Positions 40,874-54,524 of a stretch of DNA of 64,000 nt are shown piece by piece. Location of the stretch: NCBI GenBank assembly GCA_964016885.1, contig OZ024751.1, positions 46,438,001-46,502,000 on the forward strand, written 5' to 3'. The first letter of the stretch is position 1, and each line of letters starts with the position of its first letter. The notes beneath the pieces were generated by a model. The model saw only the letters and a list, made by a program, of their open reading frames with translations, was not told where the DNA came from and did not search any database. The stretch is from Eledone cirrhosa. Taxonomy: Eukaryota. The position numbers and the translations under genes are program-made.

Positions 40874-41036
40874 CTTATCTATCTATCTACCTATCTATTT
40901 GCATATCTAAAGAAAATAACTGATTTAAATGAATGTAAAATGAAATACAAGAGTGAGAAGCTCAAATTAATCGAGGATTCCAGAATCTAAAGAGTATTTA
41001 AATCAAAGCATAATTAATTAAATTTTTTCTTACTAC

Positions 41037-41070
41037 AGTTCCCGTCATTTTTGACGGGTACTATGCTTGT
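41037..41070 (+). mobile_element. Possible Helitron 3' terminus
   Basis: GC hairpin cccgtca-tttt-tgacggg followed by tactatgCTTGt (decayed CTAG|T). Confidence 0.4.
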
Positions 41071-41088
41071 TAAATAAATATATATATG

Positions 41089-41162
<74 letters not shown>

Positions 41163-42440
41163 CACTTGGATTTACAAACGATAGAGAAAAGTGCTCATTA
41201 TATATATAGTAGAGTTTAATCACACACATGCACGCGCGCGCACACACGGAGATATTTTATATGTGTGGATAATCAGGCATTGTAAATAGACATGCAGAAA
41301 CAGACAGACAGATAGACTGACACAGACAGTTAGATAGACAGACAGACAGACAGATAGATAGATAGGCAGATAGAAGGGGAGATAAAGATAGATTGATAGA
41401 GAGACAGAGTGGTGAGAGAGAAATAAATTGATAGAGGGAGAGAGAGAGAGAGGGGGATAGATAGAGAGAGCTAAAGAGATAGAAAGAGAGATATAAAGAG
41501 AGAGAGAGAGGGAGATAGAGATAGATAGAGAGAGCTAAAGAGATAGAAAGAGAGAGAGGGGGGGTTAGATAGATAGATTGGTAGAAAAAAGAGGTGGAGA
41601 GATAGATAGATAGGGAGAGCTAGAGAGCTAGCTAGATAGAGAGAGTGAGAGGGTAAGCAAATGGAGGCGGTAAAATTGTTTTAATCTAAAGCGTTCCAGT
41701 ATCCAAAATATGTCACTTATGATATTGAGGCCATTGAAATTAAGGAGTGGGTTCTCCAGCAGAATTTATGCGTGTCGTTAAGTTTTATATTTTATTTTTT
41801 AAGCACAAAGTTAATCATTCATGGAAATACAAAATGGCGCCGGCGACGTTAAACAATAATAGCAGTAGCAGCAGCAGTAGTAGCAACAAGTATAACAAGT
41901 AATACAACACTAACAATATAAAAGGATTGAAAAAAAAAAAAAAATGGTGGCAAAAAAAAGCATAACTGTGCATGAAAGTGGCGGGAAGAATATAAAAGAC
42001 AACAACAACAACATCAATAAGAACATCAACAATGAAAACAAACAAAAGAAAACAAGAGACAACAAAAACAACAAGTATGGTGGTAATAACCTCAAAAACA
42101 GCAACTACATCATCATCATCATCAGTAATGTCACTGAACTCGTCTCATATTTTCTCTACAGACCACATCAACGTCTCATGTTCCTTTCAATACAAGATTC
42201 GTTTAAAAAAAATATACAAAAGAAATCCCAATAAAACAACAAAAAAGCAACAAAATAAAACAAAACAAAAACCAAATAAACAATAAAAATAAAAATAAAA
42301 ATAAAAATAAAAATAAAAATAAAAATAAAAAACAAATTAAAAAAGCCCGCCAAAAATTAACGCAATACATTTGAAATTATGCCACAATGCAATATGCGCA
42401 CGCACCCACCCACACATCTATATATAAGCTTGTATGTTTC

Positions 42441-42503
<63 letters not shown>

Positions 42504-42517
42504 CGAAACATACATGC

Positions 42518-42548
<31 letters not shown>

Positions 42549-42629
42549 CAAATTTTAGTACAGCATTAACGAAGCTTTAGGCTGATATATATATATATAT
42601 ATATATATATAAATCTAAAGTCTGTTTTG

Positions 42630-42908
42630 AGCCAGAAGGCTCATTTGGCCGGTGTTTATCCCGGATTCATGGCGTGAAGCGACTGAGAGTACAAGACCCC
42701 CCCCCCCCCCCCCCCCCCCCCCCTGGACAGGACGCCAGTCCATCGCAGAGTTAAACCTCCAGCTACTGCTGGTACTCATTTCCAGCTGAGTATACTGGAG
42801 CAACGTGAAATGAAGTGTTTTGCTCAAGAACACAACACGCAACCCAAGAATCGAGCCCACGACATTATGATCGTAAGTCCAACACTCTTACCACTAGGCC
42901 ACGTGCCT

Positions 42909-42910
<2 letters not shown>
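42630..42910 (-). mobile_element. Family B SINE
   Basis: Reverse of 11873-12120, including the tRNA-like head gaggcacgtggcctagtgg. Confidence 0.8.
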
Positions 42911-42944
<34 letters not shown>

Positions 42945-42952
42945 ACACACAC

Positions 42953-43000
<48 letters not shown>

Positions 43001-43075
43001 TCAATAAATGAAACAAATAAAACGCAGGAGGCAAATTTACACACTTAGGTTCACGCTTGGAGTAAGTGGAGGAGG

Positions 43076-43111
43076 TTTCAACGTTTCGGACGGAAGACCT
43101 TCTTCAGGGAA
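43076..43111 (-). ncRNA. Minimal Penelope-type hammerhead motif (HHR family D)
   Basis: Minus: ttcc-CTGAAGA-aggtcttccgtcc-GAAA-CG-TT-gaaa; stems partly mismatched. Confidence 0.5.
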
Positions 43112-43458
43112 GTGCAGATAAGGTGAGACTAGTTAGACGTAAGAGTAGTTAGAGAAGGTTAAGGAAAGAAGTTGAATATATATATATATATATGCAGGAT
43201 ATCCTCAGATAAAAAGCCAAGGAAACCAATGCTGAATGTATTACAAGAGAACTTATTTAGTATAATTAAAATTTCATACACTTGAGTTTCGACCTCTTTC
43301 TATCTATCTATCCATCTTTTGATTTATCATTTTTCCTATCATAGTTGAGACGTAAAACTGGTCAATGAGTATGAGTAATTCTACCCTTAATCCCTTCAAG
43401 AAAAATGTTTCATTATTGAACTATCTTTCTAACTATTATTGTTATTATTATTATTATT

Positions 43459-43801
43459 ATCGGTAGAGGGTCGAACGCCATGCTTTCCAGCATAGTTACG
43501 CCCCTTTACGATCTGAGTTCAAATCTCGCCGAGGTTGACTTTGCCTTTCATCCTTACGGGGTCGATAAAATAAAGTACCAGTAATACACTGGGTAATTGC
43601 TGGCCTTGTGCCTAAAGTAAAAATAATTATTATCGGTAGAGGGTCGGACGCCATGCTTAGCAGCATAGAGTTAGATCCTTTATGATCCGAGTTCAAATCC
43701 CGCCGAGGTTAACTTTGCCTTTCATCCTTACGGGGTCGATAAAATAAAGTACCAGTAATGTACTGGGTAATTGCTGGCCTTGTGCCAAAAGTAGAAACAA
43801 T
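43459..43801 (+). mobile_element. Two head-to-tail family A SINEs
   Basis: Both start at tatcggtagagggtc and carry the full body. Confidence 0.85.
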
Positions 43802-43804
43802 TTT

Positions 43805-43935
43805 TAGAGAGATTGTTTCCATTTTCATCATCTACATAATGGATTATCTGTATCTCCAGATCTTTATATTTGGATAATTTCTCCATTTCCTTGATAGATA
43901 TATTATCGTCTGTGGGAATTGATATGCTAATCCAT
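43805..43935 (-). mobile_element. Fragment of an RLE-type (R4/Dong-like) non-LTR retrotransposon endonuclease
   Basis: ISIPTDDNISIKEMEKLSKYKDLEIQI matches the IDxxxP.D.N...KExEKxxKYxDL motif. Confidence 0.7.
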
Positions 43936-43962
43936 ATATACATCCATCCATCCATCCATCCA

Positions 43963-43996
<34 letters not shown>

Positions 43997-43998
43997 CA

Positions 43999-44034
<36 letters not shown>

Positions 44035-44143
44035 CCCCCCACGCACACGTGCATTTGTGTTTGTGTATTCATGCATACACATATAAATACACATATAATA
44101 GACACATTGATGTCTATTCATGCTTTCATACATACATAAGAAT

Positions 44144-44193
<50 letters not shown>

Positions 44194-44304
44194 ACATCAT
44201 ACACACACACACAGGTGTGTATGATGTGGCAGGTAAGAATGCAACAGCTTGTCTATAGAGAACAACATAACAGGGTGTGGTTACTTCAAAACTTTCTTCT
44301 ATTC

Positions 44305-45285
44305 GTATTGTTGCTGTTGTGACTGTGGTTGTTGTTGTTGTTGTGGTGGTGGTGGTGGTAGTTGTTGTTGCTGTTGTGGTGGTGGTAGTGCTAGAGGTTG
44401 TGGTGGTTGTTGTTGTTGTGATGGTGGTGGCAGTGGTTGTTGTTGTTGTGGTGGTGGTAGTGGTAGGGGTTGTGGTGGTTGTTGTTGTTGTGGTGGTGGT
44501 GGTAGTGGTTGTTGTTGTGGTGGTGGTAGTGGTAGGGGTTGTGGTGGTTGTTGTTGCTGTTATTGTGGTGGTTGATTCTACTGTTACTGTGGTGGTGGTT
44601 GTTGTTGTGGTGCTTGTTACTGTAGTAGTGGTTGTTGTGGTGCTTGTTACTGTAGTAGTGGTTGTTGTGGTGCTTGTTACTGTAGTAGTGGTTGTTGTTG
44701 TTGATTCTGTTGTTACTGTGGTAGTGGTTGTTGTTGCGGTGGTGGTTGTGGTGGTTGTTGTTATTGTGGTAGTGGTTGTTGTTGTTATTGTGGTGGTTGT
44801 AGTGGTTCCTATTTTTGTTGTGGTTGTTGTTGTTGTTGTTGTTATTGTGGTAGTTGTTGTTGTTGTTGTTATTGTGGTGGTGATGGTCGGGGCTGTGGTG
44901 GTTGCTATTGTTGTTGTAGTGGTGGTGGTGGTAGTGGTGATGATTATTATTGTTGTTGTTACTGTTGTTGTTAGGGTTAGGGCAGTGGTTGTTATTGCTG
45001 TTGTCATTGCTTTTGTTGCTACTGCTGCTGGTGTTGTTGTTGTTGTGATGTTGGTGGTTGTTATTGTTGATGTTGTTGCTGCTGCTGTTGTTGTGATGAT
45101 GGTGGTTGTTATTGTTATTGTTGTTATTGTTGTGGTGGTGATGGTTGCTATTTTTGTTGTTGTTCTGGTGGTGGTGGTTGTGGTGTTTGGTGTTGTTGTG
45201 ATGGTAGTGGTTGATGCTGTTGTTGTTGTTGTTGTTGCTGTTATTGCTTTGCCTTTGTTGTAGTTGTTATTGTTGTTGTAGTTAC
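44305..45285. repeat. Degenerate (GTT/GGT)n trinucleotide tract
   Basis: ~1 kb of GTN triplets with internal 30-bp repeats; reads as poly-Val (+) or poly-Thr (-). Confidence 0.85.
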
Positions 45286-45404
45286 AACTGGGACATCGAT
45301 CCCAATTCTACCCCCAACTCCTTATCTACCCCCCCCAACATATTTCCCGCACCTTTTTATTGCTCTGTATTTTGTCTACCTTAACTGTCTCATTTCTAAC
45401 ACCC

Positions 45405-45690
45405 ACCCCTTTCATTTGTCTGTCTGTCCCCCATCTTTTTGCGCCCTTGTGGCAAATAAAGAAATATATCTATTTCTGGTGTTGAGGGTTGTTCTATCTA
45501 CGGGGTGTAAATCAACCCCACAGTAACGCCTCCCCCCCTCCCCTATTTGGGGATTTCGATTGTTATTTTATTTTATATCTAGTTTATTGTTATTTATTAA
45601 GGTTAAAGTTATTTTTATGTAAAACCCCCGCCGTCACGTCTTGTAATGTCCCATTTTTTGTACACCTTGTGGCAAATAAAGAAAGATATC
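45405..45690 (+). mobile_element. Two stacked 3'-end fragments related to the downstream Tx1 LINE
   Basis: Both end ccttgtggcaaataaagaaa then tatcta, like the LINE end ccctcgtggcaaataaatagaaa-(tcta)n at 52058-52080. Confidence 0.75.
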
Positions 45691-45861
45691 TATCTACCTA
45701 CCTACCTACCTATCTATCTATCTATCTATCTGTTTGTCTCTCTGTCTCTCTGTCGGTCTGTCTGTCTATCAATCAATTTATTTATTTGTCTACCTAAGCT
45801 ATCTATTTACCTACCAATCTATCTCTCTCTCTCTCTCTACCTAAGCTATCTATTTACCTAC

Positions 45862-45904
<43 letters not shown>

Positions 45905-46026
45905 CTTATCTATCTATCTATATGTCTGTCTGTTTATCTATCTGTCTGTCAGTCTGTCTATCAATCAATTCATCTATTTGTCTATCTATCTATTTAGCTA
46001 AAGAAATATAACTATATACCTACCAA

Positions 46027-46077
<51 letters not shown>

Positions 46078-46129
46078 CTATCTACCAATCTATCTCTCTG
46101 ACCCCCTCTCTCTATCTATCTACCTATCA

Positions 46130-46189
<60 letters not shown>

Positions 46190-46581
46190 CAAGCTCCATA
46201 CCTCTACCCTCCACATCTTCCCTCTCTCCTTGTCTATCCGACTATACACCGTATCCAAGTAACATCTTGTCCAACACAAAAAGCCCACCCCTCGCCACCC
46301 CTTTCTCTCTGTTTCTATTCCCCCTTCCCCTTCCTCTCTTCCACCATCGACCTCTCACACTCTCTCTTCTTCATATCTATCTATCTATCTATCTTGATAG
46401 AGTAAGACACGCTTCACATCGGGATTTACCTTTACTATAGTAAGTACCAGATAAATTTTTCAGTGCAACACATTTGGAACACTAACCCCTGTTATTTAGG
46501 GAAACATTTTTGCATTTACCCCCTTTTTAGGGGGTAAAATAAATATCTATTTTTTTGCCGAAAAATTTCTTTCTTGGCAGC

Positions 46582-48412
46582 ATGGCGGAAAAGATGGCAG
46601 ACATGTCTGCCATTAGCTCTGCCACGCCCCCCCCAAGTCTGAAGAACAAAAAATAATTACAACAAAATTAGACAACGAAACAAACAAGGAAAATGAAAAA
46701 ACAAATGTTAAGGAAAATGAGCAAACGGAAAACAAACAAACAGAAAATAATACAAATAACAACAGGGCAACTTTCGCCCAGAAAACAAAACAGTCCATAA
46801 CATATACACCAATTGACTTAACTGCCGACAGAGAAAAACTGGCCGAAGCGAAAAAACAAATAGTCTTGGGGGAGAACGGAATGTTTTCCATTAACTCCCC
46901 CCCCCCCCCCGAATTCAAGAAAGCGAGAACAGAGAGCACAGTTCTCTTCAGAACTATATTGAACCAAACAAGAAAGCCAGCACAGCCCAGCCAAATGGAA
47001 ATAGAGTTGGTCCTAAAAGACTATATGAAGAATATTCTCTTCATACGAAAGGACCGACTCTATGGCAGCATTTCGGTCTTAACAAAAGACAAGGAAACGG
47101 CGGAGAAGCTTTCCCTAAGCCCACTCTCATCGACAACATACAGCTTCTATCCCTCCTACATGGGTAGAAGAACACAGAGAGTAAAAGTAAAAACAATGCT
47201 GCCCACAATGGACTTCTGGTGGGCTATTGCTGGCTTCATAGACATGGGCGAAGACACAATGCTGTCAATGGGGAAGGCAACTGGAGATGCGTTCCTGGGA
47301 ATGGGCCTCGACATACTAGTCCAAATGAGGCCCGAAAGAATAGCACAAATCCCGGATCGCATCTGCAATAGATATAATTGTAGAGGGGAGAAGACCAGCA
47401 TGCTATTTATGCACGGAAAGGGGACACGTTAAGGCTAACTGCCCGAAACGTATCCCCCAAAAAGGACTATTGCCCACACCCACCACAAACAGTACACCAA
47501 CACCACCTACCTCCAAAAATACACTAATACCACACACAGCAAACAAAATACAGACACCACCAACCACAAACACAACACAAACATCACCACCACCAGCACC
47601 AAACACAAGCACGACACAAAAATCACCACCACCATCACCAACCACAACACAAACATCACCACCACCATCACCAACCACAAGCACGACACAAACATTACCA
47701 CCACCACCACAAAACCCATTCCAAACAAATAATAAAAAAAACAGTAACAAATCTACCCCTCCCGCAAAAAAAACAACCACACAACACGTCCCTCCCACCT
47801 AGCGCTGAAGAGTTTCCTCCAACTTCTGAAGAAGAAGGAGGAGAAGCCTTCAGACAAGTTAAAAGAAAAAAAAGAAAACACACACCCAGCACACCACAAA
47901 TAACCCACACACAAACACCAACTCCAATCAAAAACACCCCACCCTCAACAAACAAAAATAAATCTGCGCCTCCCCTCTCCGAAACATTGACAGCATCACA
48001 AAAAAAGACGTTGCAATACACATATATAAATAAAGAAAACAAAAAACTGGTTAAATTAATAAACAATAACCCTATGGTGCAGACCGAAGGGCCAAACTTT
48101 ATCTCAACAGAGAACTTCACCCATTTAAAAATGATAAAGGTCCCTCTGGACCTTTATCATTCCTTAAAAGAACAATTTAGACAGGACGTGAGCCCCCCCC
48201 CCCGTTTAAAACCGTTAAATCGCGTCCTCTTGAAAGATTTCCCCATAACCGCCCCTCTCCCTGACACAACTCCAAATACCCCAACCTCGCCACACACGGG
48301 TACCCCCACACCACCACAAAACATCCCTCCACCCAACACACCTGATGCCATGGAAATTACACAACCCGGAGAGGTAGGTGCTTTTCTTTCTTCTCTTTCA
48401 ACACCAAAATAG
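46582..48412 (+). CDS. LINE ORF1 (gag-like) with zinc knuckle; about three frameshifts
   Basis: ATG at 46582; CYLCTERGHVKANC (CX2CX4HX4C) at 47401-47442; Pro/Thr-rich region; TAG at 48410-48412; some shifts lie near homopolymer runs. Confidence 0.75.
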
Positions 48413-48417
48413 ATCAA

Positions 48418-51400
48418 TTGAGAGTTGGCTGTTTGAACGCGCGTGGCCTGGGCTCAGCTTGGAAGCAAGCAAAGCTTCTAAGTGACCTCAGGTCACAAAG
48501 TATAGATGTGATGGTTGTTTGCGAGAGTCGGATCAGCAGCGTGAGACAGCTGGCGCCCGCCTTCGATGACTTTGAGATGCACGCATCTCTCTGTCAACCC
48601 GGAGGCGGGGGGGGGGGGAGTTGCCGCACTGCTGGATAAACGTCTGACTCTCGACGTACAGATTGTTCACTCGGACCCGGGGGGTCGATTACTGGTGCTG
48701 GACGTCGGAGGCGGTGAAGGCGGGGCTTTCAGACTGGTCGGTCTTTATGCCCCCTTTGGGGCGGAAAGAGCCGACTTCTTCCAGCGTCAGGAGACTTTTC
48801 TAGGAACGTCGCGTTCCCTGCTTTTAGTGGGGGACTGGAATGGAATCCTAGATGCGCGTTGGGACTATGCAGGGGCATGTCCCGATAGAGGGGGGTGTAG
48901 CAGCCTCAAGGGGTTACTCGATCGATTCGACCTGGTCGATAGATTTCGACTAGATTGTCCAACTGCGCCAACCTGGACCTGGGAAAACCGCAGTGGACAA
49001 TCTAGATCGTACCTAGATAGGTTTTTGGTTAGGAGTAAGGATAGGGACGTATTTAGTTGTCCAGAACTGATCATGGTTGGCTATTCAGATCACAAATTAG
49101 TGACCTGCGTGGTCAACCTTGATAGAACGCATAGACAGGGTCCCGGTTACTGGAAGATGAACTTGTCCTTGCCGGCAAAGAAAGATTACAGGAACCGGAT
49201 TAGTAGCTTAGTTAAGATGCGGTTGACGGGAGCGATCGTCAACAGCAGGTGGTGGGTATCTCTAAAGAGAGAGATTAGAGTAAGTTCGATAGGTTACAGT
49301 AAGGAACTAGCGGCGAATAGAAATAGGAGGGAAAGGGAGTTAACAGATAAACTAGAAGAGGTGATTAGGAGCGGAGACGTGGACAGAGTGTTAGCGGCGA
49401 GAACGGCGTTGAGCCAGTTCTTTGACGCGAAGCACGAAGGCTGCGTTGTCCGAAGTAAAATACGTGCTTTAGGAAACGAGGGGACCAAAGCTGTTAGCTG
49501 GGCCCGCGTGACAGATGCCAAGAGTGGGATTAAATCCACCATTCGGTCTTTGCGAGACCAGGATGGACGGGTGATCCTTGAACCTGAGCGGATGTGCGAG
49601 GCCTTTCAAAGGCACTTTGTTCGACTGTTCGGAGGGGGCGGGGGGCCGGACGGGGATGTGGACTTCGGTCCATACCTCGACGGTCTACCGCGTCTTTCGA
49701 GAGGCGAAGCGGAGTGCTGCGAAAGGCCAATCACAGCCACTGAAATCGGGGAAGCGCTCAGCCAATGCAGCAGACGCAAATCTCCGGGTCTCGATGGTCT
49801 ACCATACGAACTTTATTTAGCTATGCCGGTCTTGTTCTCCGAACTCCTCGAGGCTGTCTATTGCAACTGGCAACAGAACGGGAGAATTCCCTGTTCTGTG
49901 ACCAAGGGCGTGGTCACGCTAGTGAGGAAGGACGAGAGCAAAGGGGACGACTTAAGTAACTTTAGGCCCATAACTCTGCTAAATGCAGAGTTACAGATTT
50001 TGGCCAAGGTGTTGGCGAAGAGGTTGGCGCTTGTGGTGGGTGGTTTGGTGGGAGACGCGCAGACATGCGCTATCCCGTCCAGGTCCATTCACGACAACCT
50101 CCACCTCATGCGATACATCGTAGAGAGGGTTGGCAACGAACCCGGCTTTGGTGGGGCCCTGATCAACTTGGATCAATCTAAGGCGTTCGATAGGGTCGAC
50201 CATGGTTACCTGGATGCGGTGCTAGCGGCGGCGGGCTTCGGACCCGTTTTCAGGGGCTGGATTTCTGCCATGCACAGTGGCAACATCTACTCTAGGATTA
50301 AAGTAAACGGCTACCTCTCGGAGCCGTTTCAAATCACCCGGTCCATCAGACAGGGGTGCCCCCTCTCCTCCCTTCTGTACGTATTGACTCTCGAGCCACT
50401 GCTGCGGAAGTTGGAGTTGCTGCGGGGCATACCCCTGGAACCGGGATTGCACAAAGCGGTCTCGGCCTATGCCGACGACGTAACAGTAATGGTGGCGGAC
50501 GCCTCGGAAATCGGGGCGATCGCCACCCTACTGGAGGAATACGAAAGGCTGACGGGGGCTAGGCTGAACCAGGACAAGTCAGTCGGTTTGCAACTCGGAA
50601 CGTGGAGGGGCAAACCGATGCCGTTAGACGGTGCCGTCGGGCGGTGGACGGAGGGCCCGGTGAAGCTGCTCGGGGTCTGGTTCGGACCGGACCTCCAGGT
50701 GGAGAAGAATTGGGGCGAGGTGACGAGCAGGGTGTTTGTGCTGACCCAGAAGTGGGCCAAGTGCAAACTATCACTGAAAGGTCGGGAGGAGGTGACGAAC
50801 GCTTACATAGCGTCCGTCATCTACTACCGCCTGACCGTCGTGCCTTGCCCCAAGGAAAAGCTCACCATCATGGAACGCATGCTCTTCCAGTTCCTCTGGA
50901 AGAAGCGGCCTCCCATGGTGAGGAGATCCATCTGCTGCCAGCACCCTTCGAAAGGAGGGCTGGGTATGCCGTGGCTGTTGATGCGTAGGCACGCATTGAG
51001 GCTACGGCATCTACAGGTATTCCTCAACGGTCAGCCGGTGTGGGCCCCGTTTGTGAGGCGAGCCTTCCCACAGCTCGTCTCGCTCACCGAACTGCAATCC
51101 TGGGTGAAGCAAAGACCGAGAAAACTGGGCAACTGGCACAACGAGTGTGCCCAGGCGCTCACGGCTATCTGGCAAGCGGACCCGACTATCAGTGGAGAAT
51201 CCACCTCGACATTCTATAGAGGGTTGGTGGCTAGCAAGGGCGACGACACCCTTGAAGAGTCGCTAGGCATGGAGGAGGACGAACTGGCCAGCCTGTTCGG
51301 TAGAACTTTCGGCCCGGGACCCATGGACAACTTCCAGAGGTCCCTAGCCTGGCAGTGTTACCGGGGGGCTCTTCCCATTCGAGAAAAGCTCTACAGACAC

Positions 51401-51850
51401 GGGCGCCCGGGCAGGGATCCCACGAAAAAGATCTGTCCCAGATGCGTGCGCGACGAGGAAACCGTTGCGCATGCACTGGTACACTGCCCGGGCGTTGCCG
51501 ATCTGTGGGGCTACGTCGAACGACTGCTGTCGCGTGTGGCGCTGATTCGATTAACCGCCGAGTCTGTGGTGAACATCAAGCCGCCTCCTCCCTTCAGAAA
51601 TGAAGCAGAGACGGTCTTTCTGTGCGTAATAGCCATGATGAAAGAGGTTGTGTGGTGGACGCGCCTGAAAGGTCTGAGGTCGGGTGACTTTCTCTCCGGC
51701 CATCACCTGGTTTACTTCTTCCGATACCACTTCGGAAGAAGGATCAGGATGGAGAGAGAAGTGCTTGGCCCTAGACAGTTTTATGAAAGGTGGGTGAAAG
51801 AAGCGAGAATGTCCCGTGTAAATGGGCCTTCTCTCTACATTGTTCTGTAG
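48418..51850 (+). CDS. LINE ORF2: AP endonuclease + reverse transcriptase + C-terminal Cys/His domain; one frameshift at poly-G ~48610
   Basis: APE motifs CLNARGL, VCESR, GLYAP, GDWN, SYLDRFLV, SDHKLV; RT motifs KSPGLDGL, FRPITLLN, LDQSKAFDRVDH, IRQGCPLS, YADD; CPRC...ETVAHALVHC. Confidence 0.95.
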
Positions 51851-52079
51851 GTGAAGAAGTGAAGAGGAAAGGGGGAGCGCCTCCTCTCTGGGCTTCCCCC
51901 GCGAAAAGAGTTGCACACTTTTCGTGGGTATGTGCAATCCCCAACACGCCCCCTCCTTTTTGAGGACTTTTTATTGTTATATTATTATTGTTATTCCTTT
52001 TTTCTTTACTCGATTTATGTAAACTCCCCCACTGTGTAAATGTCCCCTTCTTTTGTGCCCTCGTGGCAAATAAATAGAA

Positions 52080-52123
<44 letters not shown>

Positions 52124-52906
52124 CATTCTATTTCCCTCTCCCTAATTACATCTCTATCTTTCTTTCTCCTCTCTCTGTCACCATAACTCTCAACCACCCT
52201 CAATCACCATAACTCTATCATCTACCCCCTCTCTCCCTATAACTATCTCTCCCTTCTCTCTCTCCCTCTCTATCACTATAACTCCCCCTTTTTATCAATA
52301 TAACTCCTCCCTCTCTCTACCACTGTAACTTCCCCTCTCTATCACTATAACTCTCCCCCTCTCTCTATCATTATAACTCCCCCTCTCTATCCCTATAACT
52401 CCCATTCTCTCTACCACTGTAACTCCCCCTCTCTATCACTATAACTATATTTCCATTCAATGAATCTACCATTCCAACGACTTGCTCCAATTAGTAAATA
52501 CTATTAAAAAATGTGGGACAATTAGTTGTGGTGGTGGTGGTGTAGCGGTGATGATGGTGGTGGTATTGGTGTTGGTTTGTTTGTGATGATAGCAGTGTTG
52601 GCATAGTTGTGGTGATGGTGGTATTGCTGTTTGTGGGTGTTGATAGTGGTCATGTTGGTGTTTGTGGGTGTTGGTGGTGATGACTAGTGCTGTTAGTGGT
52701 CATTTTGGTGTTTGTGGGTGTTGGTGGTGATGACTAGTGCTGTTAGTGGTCATTTTGGTGTTTGTGGGTGTTGGTGGTGAGGACTAACGCTGTTAGTGGT
52801 CGTGCTGGTGTTTGTGGTGTCTAGCCCCAGGTAAACCTTAATACAGTAGACATATGATAAACATTTCTCCAGCCATGACCATCACATCTTTTTAATTCCA
52901 GATATA

Positions 52907-52963
<57 letters not shown>

Positions 52964-53443
52964 ACGGAGGAAATGTGGTAAGGAACCAGGTGGACCATAA
53001 CGCACCAAAGTACTCAATACTTAGGGTAGTAGAGTGGGTAATAGGAACGAGTAGGACCCCGACGGCTGAGCTCAAGCCGTTTCGACGGCTAATTCTGGAC
53101 TAAAGAAATATTTTATGTTATATATATATATATATATATATAACAACATTGATTTAAAGTGTCATCTCCATTTTTAAGACGATTGGATCTGATATGAGGG
53201 AGGTTTAGCTGCTATTTCATAATGATGACGGTGACAATGATGATGATGATGATAATGAAGATGATGGTGTTCACGATGAAATGGTGAAGATGATGATGAC
53301 GATGATGACGATGATGATGACGATGGTGAAGATGATGGGGATGATGAGAATGTGGATGATAATGATAATCTTTGAGAGCAACAAGAAACCTCGTGGGGTT
53401 TTGCACCGCTAAACTGGTTTTACAGCTTTTATTATTTTATTAT

Positions 53444-53498
<55 letters not shown>

Positions 53499-53643
53499 AT
53501 GTCATAATGTACTTTCTGCTGGATCACGCGGGAAAGGCAGAGGATGTTGACCTGGAATTATATCGAATGAGATATAGTAATACAGATGTAGAAACACATA
53601 TATACGCACATAATATATATATATATATATGTATATATATGTA

Positions 53644-53713
<70 letters not shown>

Positions 53714-53750
53714 TTGTTTTCAAATCCATATTTAATAAACATTCCATATT

Positions 53751-53814
53751 ATTCTTTCTGACGACTGAAGACAGATAGAAATATCTGTCTTCAAGAAACC
53801 ACTGGTAAATGAAT
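53751..53814 (+). ncRNA. Type I hammerhead ribozyme motif, intact core (HHR family E)
   Basis: attcttt-CTGACGA-ctgaagacagata gaaa tatctgtcttcaa-GAAA-ccactgg-TA-aatgaat; 12-bp perfect stem II core. Confidence 0.7.
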
Positions 53815-53839
53815 TAATTATCTTATGTTGTTTATTACA

Positions 53840-53886
<47 letters not shown>

Positions 53887-54524
53887 GGCGGGAGCGGCGT
53901 GGGGATTAAAGAAAACATTAAAAATATTGATAAAAAGTTGAGGAACTTTAAATTTGTTTGTCTATATGTCTCTCACCCTTTCTCTCTCTCATGATTCCAC
54001 TTTCACTCTTTCTTCTCTCTCCCGTTCTCACCCTTTCTCTTGCTCTCTCTTACCTCCTCTCACTCTCTCTCATCTCCACCCTCTCTCTTTCTCATACACA
54101 CATTCACACACATTCACATATACATACATAGAAAAGGAAAGAACTCGATATTGAGATCGGATCAAGGAAACTATGCACCAATGGTCCTTCCACTTACTGA
54201 ATCACACCACCGGACATGAGGGAGGCCGCTTTTGTTGTTACAGGAAGTGAGATTTGAATCCAGAATGGACAGGAACCGGAACCGGAACAGATTCCACAAA
54301 ACACCTCCCCGAACGCTGTACAAATTCCCCCAATCCCCCGCCATTGGACAGGTACTCAAAAGAAAGAAATGTAAAATTGACCGGACCTCGGCGAAATTTG
54401 AACTCAGATTTCAGAGACCCGGAAGTATTACCGAGGTTTTTAATTCGAAGTTGTAACGACTCTGCCAGGTCGTACGCATGCGCAGCTGGTAACATGTAAT
54501 CCACAACAACTTATAATATAGTCG

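Larger units (their letters stand above)
46395..52080 (+). mobile_element. Near-full-length Tx1/L1-clade non-LTR retrotransposon within (TCTA)n
   Basis: 5' UTR, ORF1, ORF2 and 3' UTR with AATAAA; flanked on both sides by (ctat)n. Confidence 0.92.

Noticed and set aside
48865-51937. Many short overlapping ORFs inside the LINE
   Set aside because: Alternate-frame artefacts of GC-rich ORF2.
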